From: Malacoraja senta
Lineage: Eukaryota
Direction: 5' to 3'
Assembly: GCA_038087875.1 (NCBI GenBank)
Contig: CM076001.1
Location: 1-64,000 of the forward strand
DNA: 64,000 nucleotides
Of this stretch, positions 1 to 12,761 are shown one piece after another. The notes below the pieces were generated by a model. The model searched no databases and had not been told where the DNA came from. It worked only from the letters and a program-made list of their open reading frames with translations. The translations under genes and the position numbers were made by a program. Position 1 is the first letter of the stretch. Every line of letters begins with the position of its first letter.

Positions 1-107
1 ATTTGATATAAAATATAGAACTTTTACATCAATAACACTGACATTTTTTCAATATTGGATAAAATAAAATGGTTTACCTGCTGATACCCTAATATATCAT
101 AATGTAC

Positions 108-613
108 TCACATGTGCACCCAGGATACTCGCCGCCTTTTCTCAAACAGAGCACGCTTCTTGTCCCTATTACGATAATCTTCTTTAGATTTGTCATAGAG
201 GATTTCGTTAGCCTGAAACCACTCTACAAGGTCTCCCTCTTGCTGCCTGTCGAAGTTAAATGGTTTAACTGTATTCCATCTTCCCTTGAATGGGGCATCC
301 ACGTCTGAGGCTGTTTCACACACCTGGAGCCCACAGGCAGTGTTGACTTCTCCTGTTGAATCTCCTGTTGAATCTCCTGTTGAATCTCCTGTTGAATCTC
401 CTGTTGAATCTCCTGTTGAATCTCCTGTTGAATCTCCTGTTGAATCTCCTGTTGCCTCTCCTCCTCCTCCTCTCCTCCTGTATAAACTATAGCCTCCATG
501 GCAGGTTTTTTCTTCCTTTTCGTCGAACTTTTCTGGGAGCCACCTCTAGCAAGCTTCTTATCAAAAAGATTCACCAGCAATGAGGTGATACGCCCAAGAT
601 TGACCCAGGTCAC
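108..613 (-). pseudogene. MADF/Myb-like DNA-binding ORF of a PIF/Harbinger transposon, frameshifted
   Basis: ORF 108-323 contains LVEWFQANEILYDKSKEDYRNRDKKRALFE, which matches the start of a MADF domain. It joins ORF 224-613 (KRKKK basic patch, acidic run, QQEI repeats) if a slip in the TG run near 318-323 is corrected. A GTGAGT donor lies near 105-110 on the minus strand. Confidence 0.65.
349..454. repeat. 12-bp tandem repeat (TCTCCTGTTGAA), about 9 units
   Basis: Directly visible; encodes QQEI repeats in the minus-strand MADF ORF. Confidence 0.95.
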
Positions 614-739
614 ATGCTGATGTTGAAGTCACCTTTTTTTTACTCACCTTTTTTTTCCTCTGTCCAGCTGACAAGTTCAGAGTGCACATGAGAGTCACCG
701 AGTCATGTCTGATTGCCTGGGCAGCCTACCAGCTTTCCA

Positions 740-1146
740 CAGTCTACATCGTACAAAGCATCATATTGTGATGCATCAATGCCTGTTTTGGGAGCAGCTT
801 TGCCCTAGAGCACAGTATATAGTACAAGAGACTTGCAAATGTAGTGCAGTCTATTACACAGGCCAGCTTTCCCCCTATCAACTCAATCTACACTTTGACC
901 TGCTTCGGGAAGCAGCCAACGTACCATTCCTTCCTCTCCTTTCACCCCCGTGAGCAGATAATACAAACGCTCACATACATGTACTACCTGATTCAGGGGA
1001 CAGCTCCTTCCTCACTGTCATTAGTTTGCTGAAACGGAAGTTTTTCGGTGTGTGAGAAGTAAGGGTCTCGACCCGAAACGTCACCCATTCCTTCTCTCCA
1101 GAGATGCTGCCTGTCTCGCTGAGTCCAGCATTTTGTGTCTATCTTC
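740..1146 (+). mobile_element. Decayed LINE 3' fragment followed by a Penelope-derived short repeat (about 1058-1146)
   Basis: Weak Rex1/L2-like C-terminal remnant, then gggtctcgacccgaaacgtcacccattccttctctccagagatgctgc, a repeat seen many times in this window. Confidence 0.5.
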
Positions 1147-2650
1147 TCATAACTGAAGTCCTGATCTCCTGATATACCCATTACAGCTCTTGGACAAAAA
1201 AACTCGAAACTTTGTTGTGATGTATCTGCACGCTGGTATTTTTTTCTCTTTGCGCTACCTATTTATTGCACTTATGTACGGCTTTATTCAAAACTCGCAA
1301 ACATTCAGGTGACAAAATAACCCAATATCAATACCATGTCCGCCTCATCCCAGTTTATGGGGGATGGGGGGGGGGGGGGTAGGATCATGATATGAATCTG
1401 TTGCCAAGCTTGTAAAACTCCAGCCGGGATACCATCGTCTCCGGGTTCGTGATCATACCAGTAATATTGTGAGATCGACGTACTGTTGGCACTCACAATA
1501 TTACTGGCATTATCACTAATCAATTATTACATCTCAGAATTTGTGTAACAATATTTCATGTTCCCCGGGAACAATTAGCACTTTAACACTGCACTTTGGG
1601 ATCTTATTTGCCATCGGGTAAAAGATTGTGATTATGGTCATGTTAAGAATTAAAAGTCATAAAATCAATGTGTGAAATATGATTCTTATTTTTCAAAGTC
1701 TCTCATAGGAAACAATGAGCGTATAAAGCCCAGGAGAGGGGGAGAAAGGGACGTACACTCACAGAGGCAGAGTCTCTCAGCCTGTGTGAGAGGGAGGGAG
1801 GGAGAGAGAGACACACACACACAAGGTGGATGTGAAATCTCACCTGCCTATTTCAGTGACAGGCACCCGCAGCCAGTGAATGAAGACACCCCCATCTGTC
1901 TCCCCCTCCTCTCCCTCCACTCTCCACCCCCTCTCCTCCACCCCCACCCCCCCTCACCCCCCCCCAATTGGAAATGCCATCCATCACCCATTCCTTCTCT
2001 CCAGAGATGCTGCCTGCCCTCTGAGTTAAAGAGTTCCCACTTGCAGCAGCATAACAGGCCAGTAAACACAATACTCATAGATAATATACTAAACAAAGAA
2101 AATATATATTAAAAAATCCAGTATTATTGCAAAAATCCCAAAGTCCTTAGTGCAACCAAGGCAGTTTGTAGTTCATAGTTTAGTTAGCATTTGTAGCGTT
2201 CAAGAGCCCGATGGTTGTGGGAAGAAGCTGTTCTTGAACCTGGAGGTCATGGTTTTCAGATTCTTATACCTTCTGCTCAGCAGGAATGAAATGAGAGCAT
2301 GGCCAGGGTAGTGTGGGTCATTGACAATGCTGGCTGCCTTTTTGAGGCAGCACCTCCTATAGAACCCTTTGATTCAGTAAAGTTCAGTAAAGAGATCGGG
2401 AACTGGCATCATGGCTTGAGAATAAAACCCAGCCTTTAACATCCGCATAATTAAAGAGTTGGTGTTGTCCTACGGAACAGGGGTGCAGGAGAGGTGAACA
2501 CAACCCTGTCTTCTTCAACAGCACTGGTAGAGATGGTTTCTGGACGTGACTGGCAAACCTCAGATTAGGCTGCCATGAAGTGTCATAAAATGTTCTCACG
2601 CTGTTCCTCAATACTGGTTTGTCTTAAGGTTGTGAGCTCAGTCCCAAATA

Positions 2651-3100
2651 CACAAAATCAATATATAAACTTCAAGCAATTTTTTCTTTTCAATCCACTC
2701 TGTCACCTTATCAATAACTTTTACTTTGTTAAGCAGAATTTGTCTTTAAAAGTCTAACTGATATTTCTGTCCCTGATTATTGTTTCTAAAAAGAGTTCCT
2801 CACGGTAGACTCACGAGTCACAAAGTTAAACGCATGGGCCACTACGTTCTTACAACGAGTTTAAAATGTTTCAAATTGTAACCTCAAGAGTACATTTTAC
2901 TCATGGAAAAGGTCAAACATGTTTGAACTTTTTCAAGAGTTAACAAGTTTCACGGGTACCTGCCGTTAGCGCCAAGAGTCGCTAAGTTGCGTCCACGAGT
3001 TCCGACGTTCCCGCTACGTTAATTGTACGTGATTACCATGAGTTAAATTTGTTTTAAACTCGGGGTCACTCGTGGGTCAACTCGCACAGTGTAACAGGGG
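2651..3100 (+). mobile_element. Right end of a Harbinger element, same family as 55504-57346
   Basis: About 450 bp closely matching 56895-57346, ending in the TIR ctcggggtcactcgtgggtcaactcgcacagtg. Confidence 0.85.
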
Positions 3101-3105
3101 TTTAA

Positions 3106-3297
3106 ATCAGCGGGACTGGCAACAACTCTGGAGAGAAGGAATAGGTCGAGACGAGACCCTTCTTCAGACGTTTCGACCCGAAACGTCACCTATTCCTTTT
3201 CTCCAGAGATGTTGCCTGTCCTGCTTAGTCCAGCTATTTATGTCTATCTTCGGTTTAAACCAGGTTTAAACCAGCATCTGCAGTTCCTTCTAATACA
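3106..3297. mobile_element. Fold-back pair of Penelope-derived terminal repeats
   Basis: Minus copy (ctctggagagaaggaatagg...cccttcttcag) is immediately followed by a plus copy (gacccgaaacgtcacctattcc...). Confidence 0.75.
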
Positions 3298-3559
3298 AGC
3301 AAGAAAGCAAAACATGTTGTTTCTTTTAAATTGTTGTACTGTCTCCTGCATTTGACTTAAGTCTTACATTTTGGCAGATGCCAGTTTCACAACAAAGCTA
3401 TTTAAACTCCGATGAGTGAGATGCCATGTCACAGGGCCAATTTCAGACAACAACTGTACATTCACATGTTGACTGAGCTTCTTTTTCAACATCCATCAAC
3501 AACGGTCAAATCAGTAGACAGGCTTCACTTTTATATCTGTAATAGTTCTCTGAGTCCTA

Positions 3560-4410
3560 ATGTACAGCTGGAGAGGGGAAGAAAGCTGGAAGCAAGGAGG
3601 CCCAGGACAGAAAGATTAGTATGGGAATGGGAAGAGGACTTAAAATGGATAGCAACTGGGAGATCCTGCAGGCTTGAGTGCAATGAGCGTAAGTGTTTGG
3701 CGACACAGTTGCCAAGTTTACGTTTGGTCACGTCGATGTACATGAGACACATCAGCTACACAGGATACATTGGATGAGGTTAGAGATGGGCAAATTAACC
3801 TCCGTCTCACACAGAAGGACTGCGAGGGTTCCTGGATGGAGGTGAGGGAGCAGGTATAGGGACAGGTGTTACTTTTCTACGGTTGCAGGGGAAAGTTCTT
3901 GGCGGAGGGAGGGGGTTGTGTGGGTGGGAAAGAATGAGTTAACCAAGGTTACGGAGGGAGTAGTCACAGCGGAAGGTACTAAGGGGTGGGGATGGAAGAT
4001 GTGGCTGATGGTGCGATCACGTTGGAGGTGATGAAAGCTTTGGAGGATGGATGCAGGAGTTGAAAGTAGAGGATAGTCTTTGCAAGAGGCAGGGTGGTAG
4101 GAAGTGTAGTCCAGATAACTGTGGGGGTTGGTAGGTTTGTTATGGACACCAGTCAATAGTCTGTGCCATGATGGAAACTGATGTATCAAGAAAGGGGAGA
4201 GAGGTGTCAGACACAGTCCAAGTGAATTTGAGGGCTGCGTGGAAGTTGGTGGCAGAATTAATGAAATCAGTGAGTTCTGCACGGGTTCAGGAGGCAGCCC
4301 CGATGCAGTCAATGATGGAGTGGAGAAAGAGTTCTGGGATGGAGTCAGTAGGGTGTTTTGAACAAGGACTGTTGAACATAATCGACAGAAAGGCAGGCAT
4401 AACTGGGACA
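3560..4410 (-). mobile_element. Penelope-like element, decayed RT C-terminus to GIY-YIG region
   Basis: HNKPTNPHSYLDYTSYHPASCK motif; homologous to other Penelope fragments in the window. Confidence 0.8.
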
Positions 4411-4659
4411 TTCGGACAGGGGCATGGATAGGAAAGGTTTAGAGGGATACGAGACTAAGTGGGACCCATTTGGGTCCCAGTCACACGGTGAGGCCTGGTC
4501 CCGCAACGCAATCCATTCCCCAACGCAATATTCCACCACTCACCCATTCCACCAATGAAACCCGTTCCCCAACGCAATATTCCACCACTAACCCAGAGCC
4601 CCAACTGCACAGGCGGGGCTCATTTCCCTCATTCCCAGCACTCCCCCCCCTCCTTTCAT

Positions 4660-5260
4660 GTGTGGGCGGGGAGGATGGGAGGGAAGTGTGGTGTGTGGCG
4701 GGTGGGGGTTATGTGGGAGGGGAGAGTGGATGGGGGAGAGGGTAGTGTTGGGGGATGGGTGGGTTTGGGGAGGGGATGTGGGGTTGGAGGTGAGGTGTGT
4801 ATGTGGGCGGGAGGGGGAGGAGGAATGTAGGAGGGGAAGGCGGAGTGTGTGGGGGAGGGGGAGTGTGTGGGGGAGGGGGAGTGTGTGGGGGAGGGGGTGT
4901 GTGTGGGTGGGAGGGGGGGGGCATGGGCGGGGGGGTCATGGGCGGGGGTTGGATGGGTGTCTGGGCGGGCGGGGGGTTGGATGGGTGTCTGGGCGGCGGG
5001 GTCATGGGCGGGGGTTGGATGTGTGTCTGGGCGGCGGGGGGAATGGTTGTCTGGGCGGGGAGAGGTTGAGTGTCTGGGGCAGGGGGTTGGATGGGTGTCT
5101 GAGCGGGGGGTTGTGGGGGGAAGGGGGTGTGGTGGGCTGGGGGGGAGGGGGGGAGAGAGCTCGGAGAAGACGGGAAAGAGCCATGGGGAGAAGGGGGTAT
5201 CACGGGGAGGGGAGCAGGAGCCAGCGAGGGGGACCAGAGGGGAAGGGGCTGGAGCTGGTG
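4660..5260 (+). repeat. G-rich low-complexity minisatellite region with G-quadruplex potential
   Basis: Dense G3-G7 runs; repeats gggggagggggagtgtgt and catgggcgggggttggatgggtgtctgggc. Confidence 0.85.
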
Positions 5261-5713
5261 GTGCACTCACAGCGGGGCGCTGGTCGCTGATCATTCTACT
5301 CCGCTGAAATCAGAGTCTCCGCTTTCCATTTTGTGACATCGGCGACATCTCTCACTCCGCGCCGGGCTGTTCCGCTTCCGGTCCCTCCGAAAATTGTGTC
5401 CGGTTGGAGACCTCCGTCGGCCACCCTCAGTTTGAATAAAGACGCGATGGTGCAGGAAGGGGCGGACCGTCCCGGTGATTGACAGGAGAAGAGACTAATC
5501 CACGCGGCGCTGACGGGCAAGGAGAGGTGATCGATCTGCGGACATGCATTTTTTTTACTGATTTTTAAACTTCGCTAAATTTTACAATAAGCCACCGATC
5601 GGAATGAAACTTGGTGCACTCGCAGCACAGTAGAACGGTCTGTGAGCTGGCCAAAATCGTAGAGCTATCGCGTACTGTTTTTGCGCAAATAGAAAAAATG
5701 CACAAACTGGAAG

Positions 5714-5751
5714 ACGGACAGACGGGCGGACGGACGGACGGACGGACGACC

Positions 5752-5816
<65 letters not shown>

Positions 5817-5817
5817 G
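5714..5817. repeat. (GGAC)n/(AGAC)n microsatellite
   Basis: Directly visible. Confidence 0.95.
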
Positions 5818-6764
5818 GCAACATGGGCAGGTGAGACTACTTTCGATGGGGGGCATCTTGGTCAGCATGAGCAAGGTGGGCCAATGGCCCATTCCTGTGC
5901 TGTATGACTCTATGATTTTACAAGTCTACCTCAGTTCCCAGAGCATTCCTTTTCCATTAATTTTCCCTGTATCCTATGCGGACAAATATTGTATTAGCGT
6001 GTAGAAGTGCTGAAGAAATGTTGGAAGAAAACCACATCAGCACTACCAACAACGTATCCAATGTGTGGTTATCTATTGTTTATATAACCCATAGAGCAAC
6101 CGAGACAAAATACCACTCCGAATGTTCGGTGATACACACTATGTCCTTTCATCTCAATGGTTTAGCAACAAATATTCAAAAAGCTTAAAGCACTTATGCA
6201 TAAACTGAGCATTGTTCATGTTACAATAGTGGTGTCCATTACTCATTGTTGTTTACTGATCATAACTCCACATCGGGATTTCCAATTAGTTACATCTGGT
6301 CGATGTTATGGACAACACTGCTGGATCTTAACATTGTAAACTAGCAAGACAATGTATGTTAAATGACAAGCAGCTGCAAATGGAGACAAATATTATATGA
6401 ATGTTTATAAAGCTTCCACGTTTGGCCCCCAGAGCTGGGGAGGAAATGAAGGTTCCATGGACTATGAAGAGACCAAGGTGTGGAGATACTACACAGAATC
6501 TGTGCTTTTGATTCCCTATTTGACAGCTGGCATAATCTCTAGGTTGGTGGTGCGATTGTCCGATCTGATGCTCAATAACAGACCCGAGGGTCATTGGGAA
6601 TAAGTTTCAATGCTGCATGCAACACCTGAATAATCTGGCAATAGATTTAGTTTAGTTTAGTTTAGAGATACATAATCATTTCTTCAGCCACTATGTTAAA
6701 TTCTTGTTCCTGAATTAAAAAAAAATCTATATTCAGGATGTATATGTCACTGACAATGCCAGCA

Positions 6765-7130
6765 TTTAGAGTCATACAGCACGGAAACTGGCCCTTCGGT
6801 CCAACTTGCCCATGCCGACCAAGATGCCCCATCTGCAACTAATCCCACTGCCCGAGATAGATCCATATCCTTCTCAACCTTTCCTATTTATGTGCTTGTC
6901 CAAGTGCCTTTCAAAGTGTTATAGAATCATAGTGTCATCGAGCTTGGAAACAGGCCCTTTGGCCCAACTTGTCCAAGATGCCCCATTTACATGAGTCCCA
7001 CCTGCCTGTGTTTGGCCCATATCTCTCTAAACCTTTTAAATGTTGTTATAAACCCTGCCTCAACGCCCTCGTCCTTTAGCTCAGACCCTCAAGTCCTGGC
7101 AACATCCTCTAAATCTCTTCTGCAAATTTT
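6765..7130 (-). mobile_element. CR1/HER1-type 3' tail fragments, nested
   Basis: gaaacaggcccttcggcccaac-type tail motifs repeated twice. Confidence 0.6.
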
Positions 7131-7306
7131 GTAGCTTAATTAATTGTCCATTCCTAATTTATCTTCTACTGCAAAGGCAATTGGTAGATATGGAGTTACA
7201 TGTAGGCTAGACGGGACTAGGATGGCAGGCTTCTCCCCGATAGAATATCAGTGAACGTAATCTGTTTTCATTGACAATAAAGCAATTTATTGTTTACCAA
7301 TGAGGT

Positions 7307-7787
7307 TATAGACAATAGACAATGGACGCAGGAGTAGGCCATTCGGCCCTTCGAACCAGCACCACCATTCAATGTGATCATGGCTGATCATCCCCAATCA
7401 GTACCCCGTTCCTGCCTTCTCCCCATATCCCACCGACTCAGCTATTTTTAGAGCCCTATCTAGCTCTCTCTTGAAAGCATCCAGAGACTGCCTTCACCGC
7501 CCTCTGAGGCAGAGAATTCCACAGAACTCACCACTCTCTGTGAGAAAAAGTGTTTCCTCGTCTCCGTTCTAAATGGCTTACTCCTTATCCTTAAACTGTG
7601 GCCCCTGGTTCTGGACTCCCCCAACATCGGGAACATGTTTTCTGCCTCTAGCGTGTCCAAACCCTTAACAATCTTATATGTTTCAATGAGATCTCTTCTC
7701 ATCCTTCTGAACTCCAGAGTGTACAAGCCCAGCTGCTCCATTCTCTCAGCATATGACAGTCCTGCCATTCTGTGAATTAACCTTGTA
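7307..7787 (-). mobile_element. CR1 (HER1-like) LINE 3' fragment
   Basis: GLSYAERMEQLGLYTLEFRRMRRDLIETYK...RTRGHSLRI; (CTATTGT)n tail. Confidence 0.9.
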
Positions 7788-8393
7788 TGTTTTTTGTATA
7801 ATTCAGATTTAACTAATAAGTTGAGTTTAAACTCCCCCAATTGTCATAGTGAGATTTGAACATGCCCTTAGATCAGTAGTCCAGTCCTCTGAATGTCAAA
7901 TATTCATATTTAAATGTTTAATACCAAAGGACAAAGGACATTTATTGTCACATACAGTGAAATTTGAGTTGTCATGCAGCACACAAATAACATTAACACA
8001 ACACTTTAGAATTTAACATAAAACATAAAAACATCCCCCCACAGCGGAAGCAACGTTTCCCACTGTGAGGGAAGGCACCAAAGTTCAGTCTTCTTCCTCT
8101 GTTCACCCGTGATCAGGGCCTATTGAGGCCCCCACAGTCGCTGCAATGACGGCCCGATGTTTCAGGCACTCGAACGGAAGAACACTCTCCCAGATGCTCC
8201 CTTCACCTGAAACCTATGTCCTCTGGTACTTACGATACGATACGATACTATAAAACATTATTCATCCCTGGAGGGAAATTGGTCTGCCAAATTGGTCTGC
8301 AATTGGATTCCTTTACTCTCGGTAAAACACTGTGCATTTGCCCCTATTCCTCTCATAATGTTATACACCTCCACACCTCTTCCTGCTCTCAGT

Positions 8394-10366
8394 AGTTGAG
8401 CAAAGGGGACTATGGAAGCATGAGGGAGGAGCTGGCCAAAGCTGACTGGAAAGATACCCTAGCAGGGATGACAGTGGAACAACAATGGCAGGTATTTCTG
8501 GGAATAATACAGAAGGTGCAGGATCAGCTCATTCCAAAGAGGAAGAAAGATTCCAAGGAGAGTAAGGAGTGGCCGTGGCTGACAAGGGAAGTCAAGGACA
8601 GTATAAAAATAAAAGAGAAGTATAACATAGCAAAGATAAGCTGGAAGCCAGAGGATTGGAAGTTTTAAAGAGCAACAGAAAATAACTAAAAAGGCAATAC
8701 GGGGAGAAAAGATGTGGTACAAAGATAAGCTAGCCAAGAAGATAAAGGAGGATAGTAAAAGCTTCTTTAGGTATGTGAAGAGGAAACAATTGGTTAAGAC
8801 AAATGTGGTCCCTTGAAGACTGAAACAGGTGAACTTATTATGGAGAACAAGGAAATGGCAGACGAGTTGAACAGGTACTTTGGATCTGTCTTTACTAAGC
8901 AAGCCACAAACAATTTCCCAGATGTACTAGTGGCCAGAGGACATAGGATGAGAGGAACTGAAGGAAATTCACATTAGGCAGGAAATGGTGTTTGGTAGAC
9001 TGATGGGACTGAAGGCTGATATATCTCTAGGGCCTGATGGTCTGCATCCCAGGGTACTTAAGGAGGTGGCTCTAGAAATTTTGAACGCATCGGTGATCAT
9101 TTTCCGATGTTCTATAGATTCAGGATCAGTTCCTGTAGATTGGAGGGTAGCTAATGTTATCCCACTTTTTACGAAAGGAGGAAATGAGGAAACAGGGAAT
9201 TATAGACCAGTCAGCCTGACATCGGTGGTGGGGAAGATGCTGGAGTCAATTATAAAAGATTAAATAGCGGCACATTTGGATAGCAGTAAAAGGATCGGTC
9301 CAAGTCAGCATGGATATATAAAGGGGAAATCATGCTTGACTAATCTTCTAGAATTTTTTGAAAATATCTAGGAAAATGGACAAGGGAGAGCCAGTGGATG
9401 TAGTGTACCTGGACTTTTAGAAAGCCTTTAATAAGGTCCCACATAGGAGATTAGTGGGCAACATCAGAACATATATATGGATGCTATGAGGATGCAGGGT
9501 GACTTGGACAGGTTGGGTGAGTGGGCAAATGCATGGCAGATGCAGTTTAATGTGGATAAATGTGAGGTTATCCGCTTTAGAGGCAAGAACAGGAAGGCAG
9601 ATTATTATCTGAATGGTGTCAAGTTAGGAAAAGGGGAAGTACAACGAGATCTGGGCGTCCTTGTACATCAGTCACTGAAAGTAAGCATGCAGGTACAGCA
9701 GGTAGTGAAGAACTAATGGCATGTTGACCTTCATAACTAGAGGAGTTGAATATAGGAGCAAAGAGGTCCTTCTGCTGTTGTACAGGGCCCTGGTGAGACC
9801 ACAACTGGAGTAATGTGCGCAGTTTTAGGCTCCAAATTTGAGGAAGGACATTCTTGCCATTGAGGGAGTGCAGCGTAGTTTCACGAGGTTAATTCCCAGG
9901 ATGGCGGGACTATCATATGTTGAAAGAACTGGGTTTGTGTACACTGGGATTTAGAAGGATGAGAGGAGATCTTATTGAAACACATAAGATTATTAAGGGA
10001 TTGGACACACGCTCGAGGCAGGAAACATGTTCCCGATGGTGGGGGAATGCAGAACCAGGGGCCACAGTTTAAGAATAATGGGTAGGACATTTAGAACGAA
10101 GATGAGGAAACACTTTTTCACACAGAGAGTTGTGAATCTGTGGCATTTTCTGCCTCAGAAGGCAGTGGAGGCCGGTTCTCTGGATGCTTTCAAGAGAGGA
10201 TTAGATAGGGCTCTTAAAGATAGCAGAGTCAAGGGATATGGAGAGAAGGCAGGAACAGGGTACTGATTGTGGATGATCAGCCATGATCACAGTGAATGGC
10301 AGTGCTGGCTGGAAGGGCCAAAGGGCCTACTCCTGCACCTATTGTCTATCGTTTATTGTCTATTGC
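8394..10366 (+). mobile_element. CR1 LINE ORF2, 5'-truncated, internally deleted, with stops
   Basis: GPDGLHPRVLKE, NYRPVSLTSVVGKMLE, MQGDLDRLGEWA, RTRGHSLRI; tail tattgtctattg. Confidence 0.92.
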
Positions 10367-10597
10367 ATTCCAAGAAATAAAGTCCTAGCCTGCTCAACCT
10401 CTCGCTATAACTCAGGCCCATTGAGAGGTAGTCATTCAAGCTAGAGAACTGATCTCACTGCTTCATAGAATTATGGTTTGGGTAATGCCAATATTAAAAT
10501 ACCTGTTGGGAATCATCAGTCAACAATGTTGTAAAAACACCTTACATGGATTAAAAGGAATCTCTGTGAATGGAGAAGGCATGTACCGACCTATTCC

Positions 10598-10678
10598 ATA
10601 TATATATATATATATATACATACACACAGACACACATATATCTATATCTATATTTAGATCTATATCTATATCTATATA
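10598..10678. repeat. (TA)n/(CA)n/(TATATC)n compound microsatellite
   Basis: Directly visible. Confidence 0.9.
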
Positions 10679-12335
10679 AAACACAACAAATACTCAGAAG
10701 GCATTTAGGGGCTCACATTCTTCATGTGTGATCTCATTTCCAGTGCTGTATTATTTTTAATTACCAATGCTGGGATATAATAGAAACCATGTCATTGATG
10801 CCTACATATATGAAAAGCAGTGTATGATTACAATAGATTTGGGTTTGAATTGGACTGTACTGGAAACTAACAGTGCTTTCCCAGTCACAGCTGGCACAGT
10901 GCCACGCAAGTGTTTTCTGTGTTAAACAAATAGTAAATAGCACCATTTCCCACTCACCACTCCATTACCATGTTACCGAGAGAAACTAGTCCACAATGCT
11001 CGTAAGTGTAGCCATCAACAAGCACCACAGCCCGCCATGTTTACATTGCATCTCTTTCTGTGCAACAGCGACCTGAAATGTCACCCATTCCTTCTCTCCA
11101 GAGAAGCTACCTGTCCCGCTGAGTTACTCCAGCATTTTGTGTCTATCTTCAGTGTGATTCAGCATCTGCAGTTCCTTTGTAGGGCCCTCTCTTGGCATGA
11201 ACCAAGTTTCCTGCAATTCCTTGACCTACTCCTTCACCGTTAGATCCCTCATCTCACACATCTCCAACAAAGCACATCATGAAAATATCTTGACTCCATG
11301 CAGGCAGAACCCTTCTAGATGATTTCTTAGGCCAGTTTACTGAATAATCATACGTTACTTAGTTTCCTTCTTTTGGTTACTGAGAAGTCTTCTTCTAGCC
11401 CCTTGCCTTTCTTTTACACGCTGTGTCTTAGAGTGTTTTTTATATCACTGTACTGTTAATTCCTACATCAGCCGAGTGGTCATGTCAAAAACTGCCACAC
11501 TGAGGAAATGCCAGACTCCTATCAAGATCGGGTAGATGGTTAAGTCTGCAATCCTTGAAGTTTATAAGACTGAAGGGATGATTTTATTCAAACACATAAG
11601 ATCCTATGAGGGCCTGACAGTCAATCTTGAGATATTTCCACTATCAGAAGATTATAAAGGGACATGGCTGCAAAATAAGGAGCTGGTCATGTAAAAGCAA
11701 ACTAGATAGCAATGCTTCTTCTGGAAAATGATGGGGATCTCTGAAATTCTCTGCCCCTGAGAGTGGTGGAGGCTTGATCATTAGATGTTTGAAAGGTGCA
11801 GATAGATAAATATTTGAAAGATCAAGAATTAGGTGTTATGGAAAACTGACACAAAAGGGAAGTGGAGGCCAGCATAGGTATTGAGGATATTGAAGCCATC
11901 CTGCTCTTATTTTGGTCTCACCGATATTAAACCTGTCCACCTGATGTGATTGAGCACAGTGCAGTATGAAGGATGGAATGGCAATTCAATGGGAGTGTGG
12001 TAGATCTATAGTCATATAAAACAGAAGGATGCCTATGATTCCCGTGTCCATGTCAACTATTAAGCACCCATTTGTATTTTGAATTCATACAATTTTATTC
12101 CTCCCACGTTCCCATCAAGTCCCATTTTGGGTCCAGATCCTTTTTCAGACTGAGAGTCAGGGGAAAGGGAAATGAGAGACAAAGACAATGATAGAGAAAT
12201 CTAGAACAAATGAATGAAAGATATGCAAAAAAAGTAAGGATGATAAAGGAAACAGACCATTGTTAGCTGTGTGGTACACAAAAATGCTGGAGTAACTCAG
12301 CGGGTGCAGCAGCATCTATGGAGCGAAGGAAATAG

Positions 12336-12366
12336 GCAACGTTTCGGGCCGAAACCCTTCTTCAGA
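12336..12366 (-). ncRNA. Minimal hammerhead ribozyme motif, family 2 (GUU)
   Basis: CUGAAGA-A-GGGU-UUCG-GCCC-GAAAC-GUU on the minus strand. Confidence 0.7.
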
Positions 12367-12761
12367 TTGTTAGCTGTGTGCTAGGTGAATACGAGTTGCA
12401 GACAAGTCAACTTTGAAGCTGGTACGACTTTGGTGGGGGTAGGGGGGGGAGTGGGGAGAGGGGGGTGGGATGCAGGGATTACCTAAAAATAGAGAAATCA
12501 ATATTCATACACGGGGTTGTAAGCTGCAAAAGCAAAATATGAGGTGCTGTTCGTCCAATTTGCATTTGGCCTCACTCTGACAATGGAAGAGACCCAGGAC
12601 AGAAAAGTCAGTGTGGGAATGAGAAGAGGAATTAAAGTGTTTGGCAACCAGGAGATCAGGTAGGTCCAGACTGAGTGAAGGTGTTCAGCAAAACAATCAC
12701 CCAATCTACCTTTGGTCTCGCCGATGTATAATAGTCCACACCTTAAACAACAGATACAGTA

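Larger units (their letters stand above)
4450..5817 (-). mobile_element. Non-autonomous Helitron-like element (HINE/Lep1-type architecture)
   Basis: Minus-strand 3' end has hairpin GGGACCCA-AA-TGGGTCCC (4461-4478) a few nt before CTCG|T (degenerate CTAG|T). The other end has a (TCTG)n/(TCCG)n microsatellite and a ccgatcggaatgaaacttgg core motif. No TSD; inserted in a CR1-tail fragment. Confidence 0.6.

Noticed and set aside
4470-5336. Many overlapping Pro-rich and Gly-rich ORFs up to 212 aa
   Set aside because: A by-product of stop-poor G-rich low-complexity DNA that is open in most frames.
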